64,000 bases of DNA from an uncultured Clostridia bacterium (GCA_934746645.1 CAKVFE010000003.1:68997-132996), one strand, 5' to 3'. Positions 21,172 to 33,479 are shown, counted from the stretch's first letter. Program-made: numbers and translations. The notes: generated by a model from the letters alone, not told the origin.

Positions 21172-21202
21172 ACACCTACAGAGTTTTTGTAGGTGTTTTT
21201 TT
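21172..21202. terminator. Bidirectional terminator between convergent genes
   Basis: ACACCTACA / TGTAGGTGT hairpin with an A-run before and T-run after. Confidence 0.7.
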
Positions 21203-21245
21203 ATCTTGTATATATAATTTTTTATTGTTTTATATAAGTTTATTT

Positions 21246-23151
<1,906 letters not shown>

Positions 23152-23332
23152 AATTCCTCCACACATTAGTTATATTTTACTATAAGTATTCCAAAATTGA
23201 TTAGTTGGTAGATATGCGAAAAATAACTAAAAAAAATTGTTTATAACAACTTTTGTTGAATAATCAATTTTGAAAAATATATGTAATATACATTATTAGT
23301 AAAACACTCAAATTAAAGGATTTCAATTTTAT

Positions 23333-24148
23333 ATGTCAAAAAATTTTAGTGATTATCAAGAAACTAAACCTATAAAGTCAAGAGTTAAAAAGGGTAAAGG
23401 ATTTTTATCTATATTGTTTTGTATGTTACTTTTTGGAAGTGTAATATTTTTAGCATCAACATTGAGTGGCGTTTTGACTGTTGGCAATTTTAATATTGGA
23501 TTTAATAGTACAATGATTAAAGTAAAAGAGCATAGTTATTATGCTGTTACTATGGGAGAGTATGATACTTTGGCTGATGCTGAAACAGTTGCTAGTGGGA
23601 CAAGTGTAATGGGCGCAGGTAGTTATATATGGGACAATAATAAAAAATATATTATTATTGGTAGCGTGTATGACAATATTGATGATGCAAAAAAAGTAAA
23701 AGATAATATAACTAATACTAACTACACAATAGATATTAAAGAAATAAAATTTAACAAATTGAAATGCGACTTAAAAGATTTGACTAAAGAACAACGAAAA
23801 TGTGTAAAAAATAGTTTAGATTATATCAATGATGTTTATAAACAATGTTATACATATTCGATTAAATATGATAAAGGTGAAGTTGTAGGTACTGTTGTTT
23901 CTAGCGAACTTAATACTTTAAATGGCAATATTAAAGTGGAGAGTAGTAGACTAGATAGTATTAATAGTGTAAGTGCAACAACTTTTACACTTAACTTAAA
24001 AAATGCTTATGTTGCTATGTCTAATCAGATAGATAGTGCAGTATTAAAAGTTATTGAAGGCTCTAGTGCTAATAAAGATTTGAAGTATTTGGCGACAAGT
24101 ATTGCTATAATCAAATATAACTTGTACACCCAACTTTCAAGCATATAA
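23333..24148 (+). CDS. Membrane-anchored protein with a SPOR-like domain
   Basis: N-terminal TM helix. YYAVTMGEYDTLADAE…IIGSVYDNIDDAKKV resembles the SPOR repeat pattern. Confidence 0.4.
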   Translation: MSKNFSDYQETKPIKSRVKKGKGFLSILFCMLLFGSVIFLASTLSGVLTVGNFNIGFNSTMIKVKEHSYYAVTMGEYDTLADAETVASGTSVMGAGSYIWDNNKKYIIIGSVYDNIDDAKKVKDNITNTNYTIDIKEIKFNKLKCDLKDLTKEQRKCVKNSLDYINDVYKQCYTYSIKYDKGEVVGTVVSSELNTLNGNIKVESSRLDSINSVSATTFTLNLKNAYVAMSNQIDSAVLKVIEGSSANKDLKYLATSIAIIKYNLYTQLSSI

Positions 24149-24237
24149 ATGTGTTAAAATTGTATTATCTACAAAATATTTGTTAAATGAGTTAAAAAAT
24201 AGTTTAAAAAAGAACCAAAATATAGTAATATTTAGAT

Positions 24238-24744
24238 ATGAAAAAATATCGTTTAAGTTTAATAATAAAAATTAGTGCAATAGTACTTATGGTGGCTATA
24301 GATATGCTTACCAAATACTATTTTCAAAATTATTTTAATAATGGTGGAGAAGACTTTACAGTAATAAAGCATTTGTTTGGTATAACATATACCATAAATA
24401 CTGGTGCTGCATTTGGTATTTTTGGTGACAATACTGTTATGTTGTCTATTTTTACTGTGTTGTTTTTAGCTGTATTTTCATTTGTGGACTTTTATTATGG
24501 AAGCAACAATGGTTGGTATGTTACTGGATTTTCATTAATTATTGGTGGAGCATTGGGTAATTTTATAGACCGTATTGCATTGAAAGGTGTTAGGGATTTT
24601 ATTGAGTTAAAATTTATTGATTTCCCTATATTTAACTGTGCCGATTTGTTTTTAACAATTGGAGTTGCTTGCTATATAGTTTATTTATTATTCTACGAAT
24701 TGAAAAAACCAAAACAAATAGATATAACTGAAGATAAGGAATAA
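24238..24744 (+). CDS. lspA: Lipoprotein signal peptidase II
   Basis: Four TM helices and conserved NTGAAFG and FNCADLF motifs. Confidence 0.87.
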   Translation: MKKYRLSLIIKISAIVLMVAIDMLTKYYFQNYFNNGGEDFTVIKHLFGITYTINTGAAFGIFGDNTVMLSIFTVLFLAVFSFVDFYYGSNNGWYVTGFSLIIGGALGNFIDRIALKGVRDFIELKFIDFPIFNCADLFLTIGVACYIVYLLFYELKKPKQIDITEDKE

Positions 24745-24748
24745 TCGA

Positions 24749-25651
24749 TTGGAATATAAAGTTGGTGAAAAAGATGTCAAAACTAGATTGGATAGTTTTT
24801 TATACGAACTAGACAATAGTTTTACTCGTTCACATTATAAAAACTTAATAGAAGAAGGACATGTTCTTGTTAATAGTAAAAAGGTAAAAGCTGGTTATGC
24901 ACTTAAACTTAATGATGTAGTAAGTGTAGAAATGATACCTGCTAGACCTATAGAAACATTGCCACAAAACATACCTTTAGATATCGTATATGAAGATGAA
25001 GATTTAGCAGTAATCAACAAACCTAAGGGAATGGTTGTTCATCCAGCCAATGGCAACTGGGACGGAACTTTGGTTAATGCGTTGTTGTACAACATCAAAG
25101 ATTTAAGTGGTATTAATGGAGAAATAAGACCGGGTATTGTACATAGACTTGATAAAGATACCAGTGGATTATTGGTTGTGGCAAAAAATGATTTTGCACA
25201 TGTTGCTTTGTCAAAACAAATTGCTGATAAAACTTGCAAGCGTATATATCTTGCTTTAGTTATAGGCAATATGCCTAATGATAGTGGAGTAGTAGCCAAT
25301 TATCTTGGTAGGGACCCTAAAAATAGACTTCGTTATGCTGTGGTGGACAATGGTGGAAAGTATGCCGAAACACATTATAAAGTATTGACTAGATACAAAG
25401 ATTATAGTTTAGTAGAGTTTGAATTAAAAACAGGAAGAACTCATCAAATAAGAGTACATTGTAAGTATCTTAATCATCCTATTGTGGGTGATGACCTTTA
25501 TGGTGGTAAATCAAAATTTAAAACAGACGGACAGATGTTGCATGCTTACAAATTGAGTTTTTATCATCCTAGAACCAACAAATATATGGAGTTTGAAGCC
25601 CAATTACCTGAATATTTTCAAAAAATACTATCAAATTTACAAATTATTTAA
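24749..25651 (+). CDS. rluD: 23S rRNA pseudouridine synthase RluD-type (S4 domain plus RluA catalytic domain)
   Basis: TTG start, HRLDKDTSGLL and GRTHQIR motifs. Classic lspA-rluD linkage. Confidence 0.9.
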   Translation: MEYKVGEKDVKTRLDSFLYELDNSFTRSHYKNLIEEGHVLVNSKKVKAGYALKLNDVVSVEMIPARPIETLPQNIPLDIVYEDEDLAVINKPKGMVVHPANGNWDGTLVNALLYNIKDLSGINGEIRPGIVHRLDKDTSGLLVVAKNDFAHVALSKQIADKTCKRIYLALVIGNMPNDSGVVANYLGRDPKNRLRYAVVDNGGKYAETHYKVLTRYKDYSLVEFELKTGRTHQIRVHCKYLNHPIVGDDLYGGKSKFKTDGQMLHAYKLSFYHPRTNKYMEFEAQLPEYFQKILSNLQII

Positions 25652-25720
25652 TTGTTACATATTTACTAAAATAGATAATTTTGATAAAATATATATGTAA
25701 ATTATTTTGGAGATGATATT

Positions 25721-25978
25721 ATGTCAAATTTAAGTTATAGATCATTTGCTAGCGTTTTAGCGTATATTTCAGTTGTTTTAGTAGGTGCTTCTTTACTAAT
25801 TAGTGCATTGTTAGGCACCAATCAACTTGCATCTATGTTTAAGATGGCTGCAGATATTTTGGCTTATATTATGCTTGTAATAGCAAGTTTTTCTTATGCT
25901 AGAAGTAGAAGAAATGTTATTTTTGTAATTATATGGATAGTTGCAGTTGTACTTATTGTAGTATCATATATTATTTAA
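25721..25978 (+). CDS. Small integral membrane protein (3 TM), unknown function
   Basis: 85-aa hydrophobic ORF with GGAG RBS, followed by a terminator. Confidence 0.5.
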   Translation: MSNLSYRSFASVLAYISVVLVGASLLISALLGTNQLASMFKMAADILAYIMLVIASFSYARSRRNVIFVIIWIVAVVLIVVSYII

Positions 25979-25995
25979 TTAACAACAAAGATATA

Positions 25996-26028
25996 AAATG
26001 GCAATTTACATTGGTTGCCATTTTTTTT
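25996..26028 (+). terminator. Rho-independent terminator
   Basis: AAATGGCAA / TTGCCATTT hairpin plus T-run. Confidence 0.7.
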
Positions 26029-26063
26029 GTTTTTTGATAACATATTGAAAAGGATTATTGATT

Positions 26064-26405
26064 ATGGATTTTAAAAAATTATTTAAAAATATATACTTTA
26101 TTATTGGTTTGTGTTTGGCTGTCCTTGTGGTTATTACAGCATCATTGACACAAGTTAATAAAGCATTTTTCCTTATTTCTTGTTTGCTTGGTGGTGCATT
26201 GTGTGTAGATGTTGGTGCTTGGGCAGTAAACAAAATTGTTGTTATGGACTCTAGTGATGAGTCAGAGTTGTTGCCACTTACAGAGCAAGAAAAACAATAT
26301 TTAAAAAGAAGTAAGCGTATGAAAAAAGTCAACAATATAATGCTTGCTGTATTATTCTTCTGTTCAGCAATTATATTTGTTGTTATGGGCTTTAGAACTA
26401 TGTAA
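26064..26405 (+). CDS. Small membrane protein, unknown function
   Basis: ATG 26064 follows AAAAGGA. Three hydrophobic segments, followed by a terminator. Confidence 0.5.
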   Translation: MDFKKLFKNIYFIIGLCLAVLVVITASLTQVNKAFFLISCLLGGALCVDVGAWAVNKIVVMDSSDESELLPLTEQEKQYLKRSKRMKKVNNIMLAVLFFCSAIIFVVMGFRTM

Positions 26406-26424
26406 TTAAATAGTTTTATATTTT

Positions 26425-26457
26425 AAGCAATACAGGTTTTGTATTGCTTATTTTTTT
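26425..26457 (+). terminator. Rho-independent terminator
   Basis: AAGCAATACA / TGTATTGCTT hairpin plus T7. Confidence 0.75.
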
Positions 26458-26548
26458 ACAAAAAGGTTAGTATTTAATAGCATATTAAATTGCCAAAAAT
26501 ATGTAAAAGTGTTAAAATTGTTCGTAGTTAAAATTTTAAGGAGAAAGT

Positions 26549-27838
26549 ATGGATTACAAAATTAATAAAGAAGAAAAGAATTTAGTGAAGATTGACATTA
26601 CTCTATCTAAAGAAGAATGGGAAACTGAAATAGAGCAAGCTTATACTCGCACTAGAAATAAATATAATGTAGAAGGTTTTAGAAAGGGCAAAGCGCCTAG
26701 AAAAGTTATCGAAAGTGTATATGGTGCTAATGTATTCTATGAAGAAGCTTTAAGTGAAGGTTTCTATAAAGCATATATGAATATCCTATCTAAAGAACCT
26801 ACTCTTGAACCTGTTGACGCTCCAAATCTTAATGTTAAAAAAGTTGACGCTGAAGGCGTAGAACTTGAAGCAACTGTTGTTGTTAAACCAGATGTTAAAG
26901 TTGCAAAATATACTGGATTTGACATTGTCTTGAAGAAGAACAAAGTTACTAAAGAACAACTTGAAGCTGAAATGGACAGAGTTAAAGAACAAAATGTTAG
27001 ACTTGTAGAAGTTGAAAGAGAAATAAAAGATGGCGATGTTGCTAACATCAATTTCTCAGGCTCTGTTGACGGTGTTAAGTTTGACGGTGGCACAAGCGAA
27101 GACTATGATTTAGGTATCGGTAGCCACAGCTTTATTGAAGGCTTTGAAGAACAACTTATTGGTTTAAAAGCTGGCGAAGATAAAGATGTTAATGTTACAT
27201 TCCCAACCGAATATCATGTTAAAGAACTTGCTGGCAAACCAGCTGTATTTGCTTGCCATGTAAATTCTGTAAAAGAAAAACAATATCCAGAACTTAATGA
27301 CGAATTTGCTTCTAATGTTTCTGAATACGAAACAATGGCTGAATTTAAAGCTCATATGGAAGAACATTTGCAAGAACATTTAGACGAACACGCTAAAGTT
27401 GATGCAGAAAACGAAATCATTGATAAGATTGTTGAAAATACAGAAGTTGAAGTTCCTACTCAAATGGTTGACAATGAACTTGACAATATGATGAAAGATA
27501 TGGAATATAGACTAATGTATCAAGGTCTAAATCTTGAAGCTTATGCTAACTATATGGGTACAACTGTTGATAAGATTAAAGAAGACAGACGCCCAGATGC
27601 TTTAAAATCAGTAAAAGTTAGATTGGCTCTATCTTATATTTTAGATAAAGAAAAAATCACTGTTACAGATAAAGAATTTGACGAAAAGGTTGAAGAAATG
27701 GCAAATTCTTCTAAAAAATCTGTAAAAGAAGTAAAAGATTCTTTAACTGAAGATAGAATAAACTATATGAAAAATGATATACTTATGAATAAACTAATTG
27801 ACTTCTTAATGGAAAAGAATATTAAGAAATCAAAATAG
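26549..27838 (+). CDS. tig: Trigger factor
   Basis: 429 aa with ribosome-binding GFRKGKAP motif and FKBP-type middle domain. Confidence 0.93.
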   Translation: MDYKINKEEKNLVKIDITLSKEEWETEIEQAYTRTRNKYNVEGFRKGKAPRKVIESVYGANVFYEEALSEGFYKAYMNILSKEPTLEPVDAPNLNVKKVDAEGVELEATVVVKPDVKVAKYTGFDIVLKKNKVTKEQLEAEMDRVKEQNVRLVEVEREIKDGDVANINFSGSVDGVKFDGGTSEDYDLGIGSHSFIEGFEEQLIGLKAGEDKDVNVTFPTEYHVKELAGKPAVFACHVNSVKEKQYPELNDEFASNVSEYETMAEFKAHMEEHLQEHLDEHAKVDAENEIIDKIVENTEVEVPTQMVDNELDNMMKDMEYRLMYQGLNLEAYANYMGTTVDKIKEDRRPDALKSVKVRLALSYILDKEKITVTDKEFDEKVEEMANSSKKSVKEVKDSLTEDRINYMKNDILMNKLIDFLMEKNIKKSK

Positions 27839-27869
27839 TCTACATCTGTAGTTGAAAAAGGAGAATTGT

Positions 27870-28448
27870 ATGTTAATACCTTATGTCATTGACCAGACAA
27901 GTAATGGCGAGCGTAGTTATGATATATATTCTAGACTTTTAGAAGACCGTATCATATTTATTACTGGCGAAATAGATGACAATGTTGCCAACACAGTAGT
28001 TGCACAACTTATCTATCTTGAAGGTAAAAATGCTGATAAAGATATTTCATTGTATATTAATAGCCCAGGTGGAAGTATCTCTGCTGGTATGGCTATATAT
28101 GACACTATGAAATATATCAAATGTGATGTATCTACTATTTGTGTAGGACTTGCTGCAAGTATGGGAGCTTTCTTATTGGCTGCTGGTACAAAAGGCAAAA
28201 GAATGTGCTTACCTAATAGTGAAGTTATGATACATCAACCTTTGAGTGGAGTACAAGGACAAGTAACCGATATACAGATTACTGCTAATCATGTTACTCG
28301 TATTAAAGAGCGTATGAACAAGATGTTGTCCGAAAATTGTAATCAACCATTGGAAAAAATCCAAAAAGATGTTGAGCGTGATAATTGGATGAATGCTGAA
28401 GAAGCAAAAGAGTATGGACTTGTAGATAAAGTTATAGAAAAAAGATAA
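27870..28448 (+). CDS. clpP: ATP-dependent Clp protease proteolytic subunit
   Basis: Catalytic-Ser context [11 protein letters not shown] and His motif MIHQP. ATG 27870 follows AAAGGAG. About 30 nt after tig. Confidence 0.95.
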   Translation: MLIPYVIDQTSNGERSYDIYSRLLEDRIIFITGEIDDNVANTVVAQLIYLEGKNADKDISLYINSPGGSISAGMAIYDTMKYIKCDVSTICVGLAASMGAFLLAAGTKGKRMCLPNSEVMIHQPLSGVQGQVTDIQITANHVTRIKERMNKMLSENCNQPLEKIQKDVERDNWMNAEEAKEYGLVDKVIEKR

Positions 28449-28542
28449 CTAACAACAAAATGATAAAAGAAGTACGGATAAGCATAATGTTGATTACAAC
28501 TTTAGCCAAGGTGTGTACTTCTTTTAATTTTTTAGGAGATAT

Positions 28543-29826
28543 ATGAAAAAAGATATTAGTAATATGTATTGTTCGTTTTGTGGAAAAAGTCAGCTTGAAG
28601 CAAAAAGACTTATAAGTAGTCCTGATGGATTGAGTTATATTTGTGAAGATTGTATTTCAGCTTGTAAAGATATACTAACAGAAGAAGATAGACTTACTGG
28701 TACTGACAAAATTGATTTGCCAACTCCAGAAGTTATTAAACAAATATTAGATGATTATGTTATTGGTCAAGATGACGCTAAAAGAGTGTTGTCTGTTGCT
28801 GTTTACAACCATTATAAGAGAATCAATTATAATATTGATGCTAAGTTTAAAAAAGATGGCGTTGATATGATTGACCTTGACAAAAGCAATGTTCTTTTGA
28901 TTGGACCTACTGGTAGTGGTAAAACTTTGTTGGCAAAAACTTTAGCAAGAATATTAAAAGTTCCATTTGCACAAGCAGATGCAACAACTCTTACTGAAGC
29001 AGGATATGTTGGTGAAGATGTTGAAAATATCTTATTAAAACTTATTCAAAATGCCAATTATGATATTAAAAAAGCTGAGCGTGGTATCATATATATTGAT
29101 GAAATAGATAAGATAACAAAGAAAAGCGAAAATAGAAGTATAACAAGAGATGTATCTGGAGAAGGTGTACAACAGGCACTACTAAAGATAATAGAAAGTA
29201 CTGTAGCATCTGTTCCACCACAAGGTGGTCGTAAACATCCACAGCAAGAACTTATCCAAATAGATACTTCCAATATTCTATTTATTTGTGGTGGAGCTTT
29301 TGTAGGATTGAAAAATATTATTGAAAAGCGTACCAATATATCTTCATTGGGATTTAATGCTAGTCTTAATAGTAAAAATGAAGAAGAAAGTACAGGTGAA
29401 GTATTAAAGAAAATTCAACCTCAAGATTTAATTAAATATGGTCTTATACCCGAATTTGTTGGTAGATTGCCAATAGTTGTTGGTTTAGACGACCTTAACG
29501 AAGATGCTTTAGTTGATATTATGCAAAAACCTAAAAATGCTATTGTTAAACAATATAAAGAAATGTTTAAGATAGATGGCGTTGATTTAGAGTTTAAACC
29601 AGAAGCTATAAGAGCTGTTGCTAAAAAGGCAATCAAACTTAAAACAGGAGCTAGGGGACTTAGAACAATACTTGAAAATTGTATGCTTGACCTTATGTTC
29701 TTGACTCCTTCTGATAAGAGTATAAACAAAATTGTTATCACAGAAGACACTGTCAATAATGGTGCAAAACCAGAAATAGTAAGGGTTGATGAAAAACAAG
29801 AAAAAACTAAGTTAGAAACAGCTTAA
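28543..29826 (+). CDS. clpX: ATP-dependent Clp protease ATP-binding subunit ClpX
   Basis: N-terminal C4 zinc finger (CSFCGK…CEDC), Walker A GPTGSGKT, Walker [10 protein letters not shown]. Confidence 0.96.
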   Translation: MKKDISNMYCSFCGKSQLEAKRLISSPDGLSYICEDCISACKDILTEEDRLTGTDKIDLPTPEVIKQILDDYVIGQDDAKRVLSVAVYNHYKRINYNIDAKFKKDGVDMIDLDKSNVLLIGPTGSGKTLLAKTLARILKVPFAQADATTLTEAGYVGEDVENILLKLIQNANYDIKKAERGIIYIDEIDKITKKSENRSITRDVSGEGVQQALLKIIESTVASVPPQGGRKHPQQELIQIDTSNILFICGGAFVGLKNIIEKRTNISSLGFNASLNSKNEEESTGEVLKKIQPQDLIKYGLIPEFVGRLPIVVGLDDLNEDALVDIMQKPKNAIVKQYKEMFKIDGVDLEFKPEAIRAVAKKAIKLKTGARGLRTILENCMLDLMFLTPSDKSINKIVITEDTVNNGAKPEIVRVDEKQEKTKLETA

Positions 29827-29840
29827 ATGGATAATAATAA

Positions 29841-29866
29841 AAGTGCTATTAATTAGCACTTTTTTG
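29841..29866 (+). terminator. Terminator after clpX
   Basis: AAGTGCTA / TAGCACTT hairpin plus T-run. Confidence 0.75.
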
Positions 29867-29914
29867 TTTGTTTGGATAAGTATATTTGATATAATAACAA
29901 TAAGTAGGTATTTT

Positions 29915-30388
29915 ATGACAAAAATATTGGTTGTAAGTGACACTCACGGTAGTAAATCAGAACTTAAAAAACTTATTTTAGATAATCCTTGTGATTATAC
30001 TTTTTTCTTAGGTGATACAACTAATGATATAGATGAAGTTAAAAAAGAGATAGAAATACCTAATTTATATATAGTAAAAGGCAACTGGGATATAGGTTTT
30101 AAGTATAAGACAAGAGAGTACTTAAAAATAGATGACATAAAAATAATGTTGGTGCATGGTCATGGACTAGATGTAAAAAATAATCTCAATACTTTAATTG
30201 CCTTAGCAAAAAAAGAAAAAGTTGATTTAGTTTGTTATGGACATACTCATATTCAAAGAGAAAATATAGTAGACGGAATTGTATTTGTCAATCCAGGTGC
30301 GTACTCCAATTTTAAAGGTGGACAGTATACTTTTGCTGTTATCCAAATTGATAATAAAAAAATTTCTGTAAATATGTTAAAAAAATAA
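29915..30388 (+). CDS. YfcE/MJ0936-family metallophosphoesterase
   Basis: MTKILVVSDTHG…, GNWD and GHTH motifs. The track start at 29843 overlaps the clpX terminator, so I prefer ATG 29915. Confidence 0.8.
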   Translation: MTKILVVSDTHGSKSELKKLILDNPCDYTFFLGDTTNDIDEVKKEIEIPNLYIVKGNWDIGFKYKTREYLKIDDIKIMLVHGHGLDVKNNLNTLIALAKKEKVDLVCYGHTHIQRENIVDGIVFVNPGAYSNFKGGQYTFAVIQIDNKKISVNMLKK

Positions 30389-30398
30389 AAATAATTTG

Positions 30399-30427
30399 TT
30401 GACACGGACTATCTTTAATGGTATTAT
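30399..30427 (+). promoter_or_regulatory. Strong candidate promoter of the tRNA operon
   Basis: TTGACA (30399-30404), 17-nt spacer, TGgTATTAT (extended -10; hexamer 30422-30427). Confidence 0.6.
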
Positions 30428-30464
30428 ATTATTGCTTTTGTAGAAAGCGGGCAGGGAATTAGAT

Positions 30465-30538
30465 GCGGATGTAGCTCAATGGTAGAGCTCTAGCCTTCCA
30501 AGCTAGTAACGTGGGTTCGATTCCCATCATCCGCTCCA
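30465..30538 (+). tRNA. tRNA-Gly (anticodon TCC), CCA encoded
   Basis: Cloverleaf folds by eye. Acceptor GCGGATG/CATCCGC, anticodon loop CTTCCAA, TΨC GGTTCGATTCC. Confidence 0.9.
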
Positions 30539-30576
30539 TTATTAGTAGGGTATAAATTGTTAATTTCCAGATATAT

Positions 30577-30653
30577 GCGCCAGTAGCTCAGCTGGATAGA
30601 GCATCGCCCTTCTAAGGCGAGGGTCGGGGGTTCGAATCCCTTCTGGCGTACCA
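30577..30653 (+). tRNA. tRNA-Arg (anticodon TCT), CCA encoded
   Basis: Acceptor GCGCCAG/CTGGCGT, anticodon loop CTTCTAA, GGTTCGAATCC. Confidence 0.9.
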
Positions 30654-30661
30654 TTTACTAT

Positions 30662-30739
30662 GGTGGATATAGTTCAGTTGGCTAGAACGCTAGATTGTGG
30701 CTCTAGAGGTCGTGGGTTCAAGTCCCACTATTCACCCCA
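30662..30739 (+). tRNA. tRNA-His (anticodon GTG) with extra 5' G(-1), CCA encoded
   Basis: Anticodon stem CTAGA/TCTAG, loop TTGTGGC, GGTTCAAGTCC. Confidence 0.9.
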
Positions 30740-30763
30740 TTATTTTAAAACTTTATATACCGT

Positions 30764-30838
30764 TGGGGTGTAGCCAAGCGGTAAGGCACGAGACTTTGAC
30801 TCTCGCATGCGTAGGTTCAAATCCTGCCACCCCAGCCA
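30764..30838 (+). tRNA. tRNA-Gln (anticodon TTG), CCA encoded
   Basis: Acceptor TGGGGTG/…CACCCCA, anticodon loop CTTTGAC, GGTTCAAATCC. Confidence 0.9.
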
Positions 30839-30847
30839 TTATTTTAT

Positions 30848-30923
30848 GGCCCATTAGCTCAGTAGGTAGAGCACATGACTTTTAATCATGGTGTCCCGAG
30901 TTCGACTCTCGGATGGGTCACCA
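30848..30923 (+). tRNA. tRNA-Lys (anticodon TTT), CCA encoded
   Basis: Anticodon stem CATGA/TCATG, loop CTTTTAA, AGTTCGACTCT. Confidence 0.9.
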
Positions 30924-30927
30924 ATAT

Positions 30928-31010
30928 GCGGACGTGGCGGAACTGGCAGACGCGCTAGACTTAGGCTCTAGTTGGAAACAGTGGGGGTTCAAGTCCCTTC
31001 GTCCGCACCA
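30928..31010 (+). tRNA. tRNA-Leu (anticodon TAG), long variable arm, CCA encoded
   Basis: Acceptor GCGGACG/CGTCCGC, anticodon loop CTTAGGC, variable arm, GGTTCAAGTCC. Confidence 0.9.
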
Positions 31011-31018
31011 AAGAATAG

Positions 31019-31046
31019 ACCATAATTATTATGGTTTATTTTTTTA
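31019..31046 (+). terminator. First terminator after the tRNA operon
   Basis: ACCATAAT/ATTATGGT hairpin plus T-run. Confidence 0.6.
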
Positions 31047-31058
31047 TCCTTAATAAAG

Positions 31059-31088
31059 AGTGTCAATATTAACATTGACACTTTTTTA
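31059..31088 (+). terminator. Second tandem terminator
   Basis: AGTGTCAAT-ATTAAC-ATTGACACT plus T6. Confidence 0.7.
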
Positions 31089-31252
31089 TGCATATTAACT
31101 TAAATGTTTCAATAAATATATTTAATATTTATATTATTTTATAAACTTAAGTTTGTAATAACAAAAATAAAAAATCTTTTTTGGTTTTTGGGTTGATTGT
31201 TTCAACTTTTAGTGTTATAATCCATTACTATTGAGATAAAAAGGGGAAAGTC

Positions 31253-32710
31253 ATGACTTGGTTTGTTGATTTGTTAAGCAAAACCGAACCAGTTACGCAG
31301 GTAATAGTGTCTTTGGCTGTTATGTTGACATTTGGATTTTTGTTGACACGACTTACCAAACTCGTTAAGTTGCCTAATGTCACTGGATACATATTAGCAG
31401 GTATTATTATTGGACCATATTGTCTTAATCTTGTACCATCTAATATTATTGGAAATTTGGATTTTATATCCGATATAGCACTTGCATTTATAGCATTTAG
31501 TGTTGGAGAATTTTTTAAACTTGATACTTTAAAAAAGAGTGGTTGGAAAATAATTGTTCTTACTATTTTTGAAGCACTTATGGCATCTATAGTTGTATTT
31601 ATAGTAATGTATGCTATTCTACATTTAAGTTTATCATTCTCTATTGTATTGGCTGCACTAGCTTCTGCTACAGCTCCAGCTTCTACTATTATGACTATTC
31701 GTCAGACTAAATCTAAAGGTGACTTTGTAGATACCTTATTGCAAGTTGTCGCATTAGATGATGTGGTAAGTTTGGTTGCATATAGCGTAGCTATTTCTGT
31801 TGCTTTAGCTTCTATGGGTGGCAATGGATTTAGTTTTGATGTTATTGTCTTGCCAATACTTAAAAATTTGGCTTGCTTAGTTATTGGTGCTGGATTTGGT
31901 TTCTTATTAGCATTGCTTATGAGAGTAAAACATAGTTCGGACAATAGATTGATTATTGTTATTTGTGTATTATTTTTATTCTGTGCTATAGGTTCAATGC
32001 TTAATGTGTCGCCATTGCTTGGTTGTATGATAATTGGTACAGTATATATCAATGTTACTAAAGATGAAAAATTGTTCTTACAAGTCAACTATTTTAGTCC
32101 ACCAATATTATTATTGTTCTTTGTAAGTTCTGGATTGAAATTTAACTTTTCATCATTGTTTGCAGGTTCAAGTGTAATATCTACAATTCCACTATGGTCT
32201 ATTGGTTTAATATATTTCTTTGTGAGAATTGTAGGTAAATATCTTGGTGCTTATTTAGGATGTTTGACTATAAAGAAAAAGAAAGAAGTACGCAATTATC
32301 TAGGACTTGCACTTATACCACAAGCAGGTGTTGCTATTGGTCTAGCTGCTTTGGGTGCAAGAACTTTGGGTGGAGATGTTGGTGACGCATTGCAGACTAT
32401 AATTTTGGCATCAAGCGTGCTATATGAAATGGTGGGGCCAGCTTGTGCTAAACTTTCTTTGTACTTGTCAAAATCATATTCTAACAAATTGGAAGATGTG
32501 ACAGAAGTTGAAGAAGTTAAACCTGATGGTCAAGAAAAAACTGAAGCCGAATTATTGATAGAGCGTATACAAGCTATTGAAAAGGCTAACAAACAAACTA
32601 TTCCACAAGAAACAAAAGAAGAAGAGGCATTTACAGAAGCAGGACAAGAAACTGAGCTGGAAATGTACTACAACGATTTTAGAAATCGTAACGCAAGAAG
32701 AAGATTTTAA
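31253..32710 (+). CDS. Cation:proton antiporter (CPA2/Kef-type Na+/H+ exchanger family)
   Basis: 485 aa with about 12 TM helices, the pattern …LPNVTGYILAGIIIGP…, and a hydrophilic acidic C-terminal tail. Confidence 0.8.
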   Translation: MTWFVDLLSKTEPVTQVIVSLAVMLTFGFLLTRLTKLVKLPNVTGYILAGIIIGPYCLNLVPSNIIGNLDFISDIALAFIAFSVGEFFKLDTLKKSGWKIIVLTIFEALMASIVVFIVMYAILHLSLSFSIVLAALASATAPASTIMTIRQTKSKGDFVDTLLQVVALDDVVSLVAYSVAISVALASMGGNGFSFDVIVLPILKNLACLVIGAGFGFLLALLMRVKHSSDNRLIIVICVLFLFCAIGSMLNVSPLLGCMIIGTVYINVTKDEKLFLQVNYFSPPILLLFFVSSGLKFNFSSLFAGSSVISTIPLWSIGLIYFFVRIVGKYLGAYLGCLTIKKKKEVRNYLGLALIPQAGVAIGLAALGARTLGGDVGDALQTIILASSVLYEMVGPACAKLSLYLSKSYSNKLEDVTEVEEVKPDGQEKTEAELLIERIQAIEKANKQTIPQETKEEEAFTEAGQETELEMYYNDFRNRNARRRF

Positions 32711-32721
32711 AGGAGTTTAAT

Positions 32722-33444
32722 ATGAATATTATTGATCCACTATCAAAAGTTATGGGGCAATGGTCAGCTACAATAACTATTGGTTCTATATTTTTAAGAT
32801 TATTTTTAACAATTTTGCTTTCAGCTATTTTAGGTTGTGAAAGAGCAAGCAAGCGTCATTCTGCTGGTTTAAGAACATTTATGGTTGTTTCACTAGCATC
32901 TACTATTGCAGGTATGATTGATATGTTTTTAATAGAAACTTATGGTATCAAATTTGCATTTATATCCGTAGCAGTTATTGTTGCATTGGCATCACTAAGC
33001 AACAACTCTGTTATATTCTCAGCAAAAAGCCAAATTAAAGGTTTAACAACAGCAGTAAGTCTTTGGGCTTGTGGTATTATTGGATTAAGCATTGGTGTTG
33101 GTTTTTATACAATAGCACTTATTAGTTTTGCTATTTTACTATGCAGTTTGTCATTATTACCAGCAGCAGAAAGATACTTGAAAAATCGTTCTAACCATTT
33201 TGAAATTCATCTAGAACTTGACAATAAGAGCAATTTGCCTCGTTTTATGAATACAATTAGAGAATTGGGACTTAGAATTGACGAAATAGAACTTAACTCA
33301 GCATATTTAAATTCTGGTTTAAGCGTATATAGTATTTGCTTAACAATTATTAGTCCAGAACTTAAAAAATATAAAACACATACCGAAATTATTTCTGCAA
33401 TTCAATCACTAGAATATGTTAATCATATTGAAGAAATGAAATAA
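32722..33444 (+). CDS. mgtC: MgtC/SapB-family membrane protein
   Basis: GCERASKRHSAGLRTF signature, 4-5 TM helices, then a soluble ACT-like C-terminal domain. Confidence 0.8.
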   Translation: MNIIDPLSKVMGQWSATITIGSIFLRLFLTILLSAILGCERASKRHSAGLRTFMVVSLASTIAGMIDMFLIETYGIKFAFISVAVIVALASLSNNSVIFSAKSQIKGLTTAVSLWACGIIGLSIGVGFYTIALISFAILLCSLSLLPAAERYLKNRSNHFEIHLELDNKSNLPRFMNTIRELGLRIDEIELNSAYLNSGLSVYSICLTIISPELKKYKTHTEIISAIQSLEYVNHIEEMK

Positions 33445-33451
33445 TAATTAA

Positions 33452-33479
33452 AGCCTTAACATTATTGTTAAGGTTTTTT
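33452..33479 (+). terminator. Rho-independent terminator
   Basis: CCTTAACA/TGTTAAGG hairpin plus T-run. Confidence 0.65.

Noticed and set aside
26006-26335. A minus-strand 109-aa ORF overlapping the 26064-26405 membrane-protein gene
   Set aside because: The plus-strand ORF has an RBS, clear TM helices and flanking terminators oriented for the + strand. The minus ORF has none of these.
30697-30885. A 62-aa ORF in the track spanning the tRNA cluster
   Set aside because: It lies entirely within tRNA-His, tRNA-Gln and tRNA-Lys sequences and is an artefact of ORF calling.
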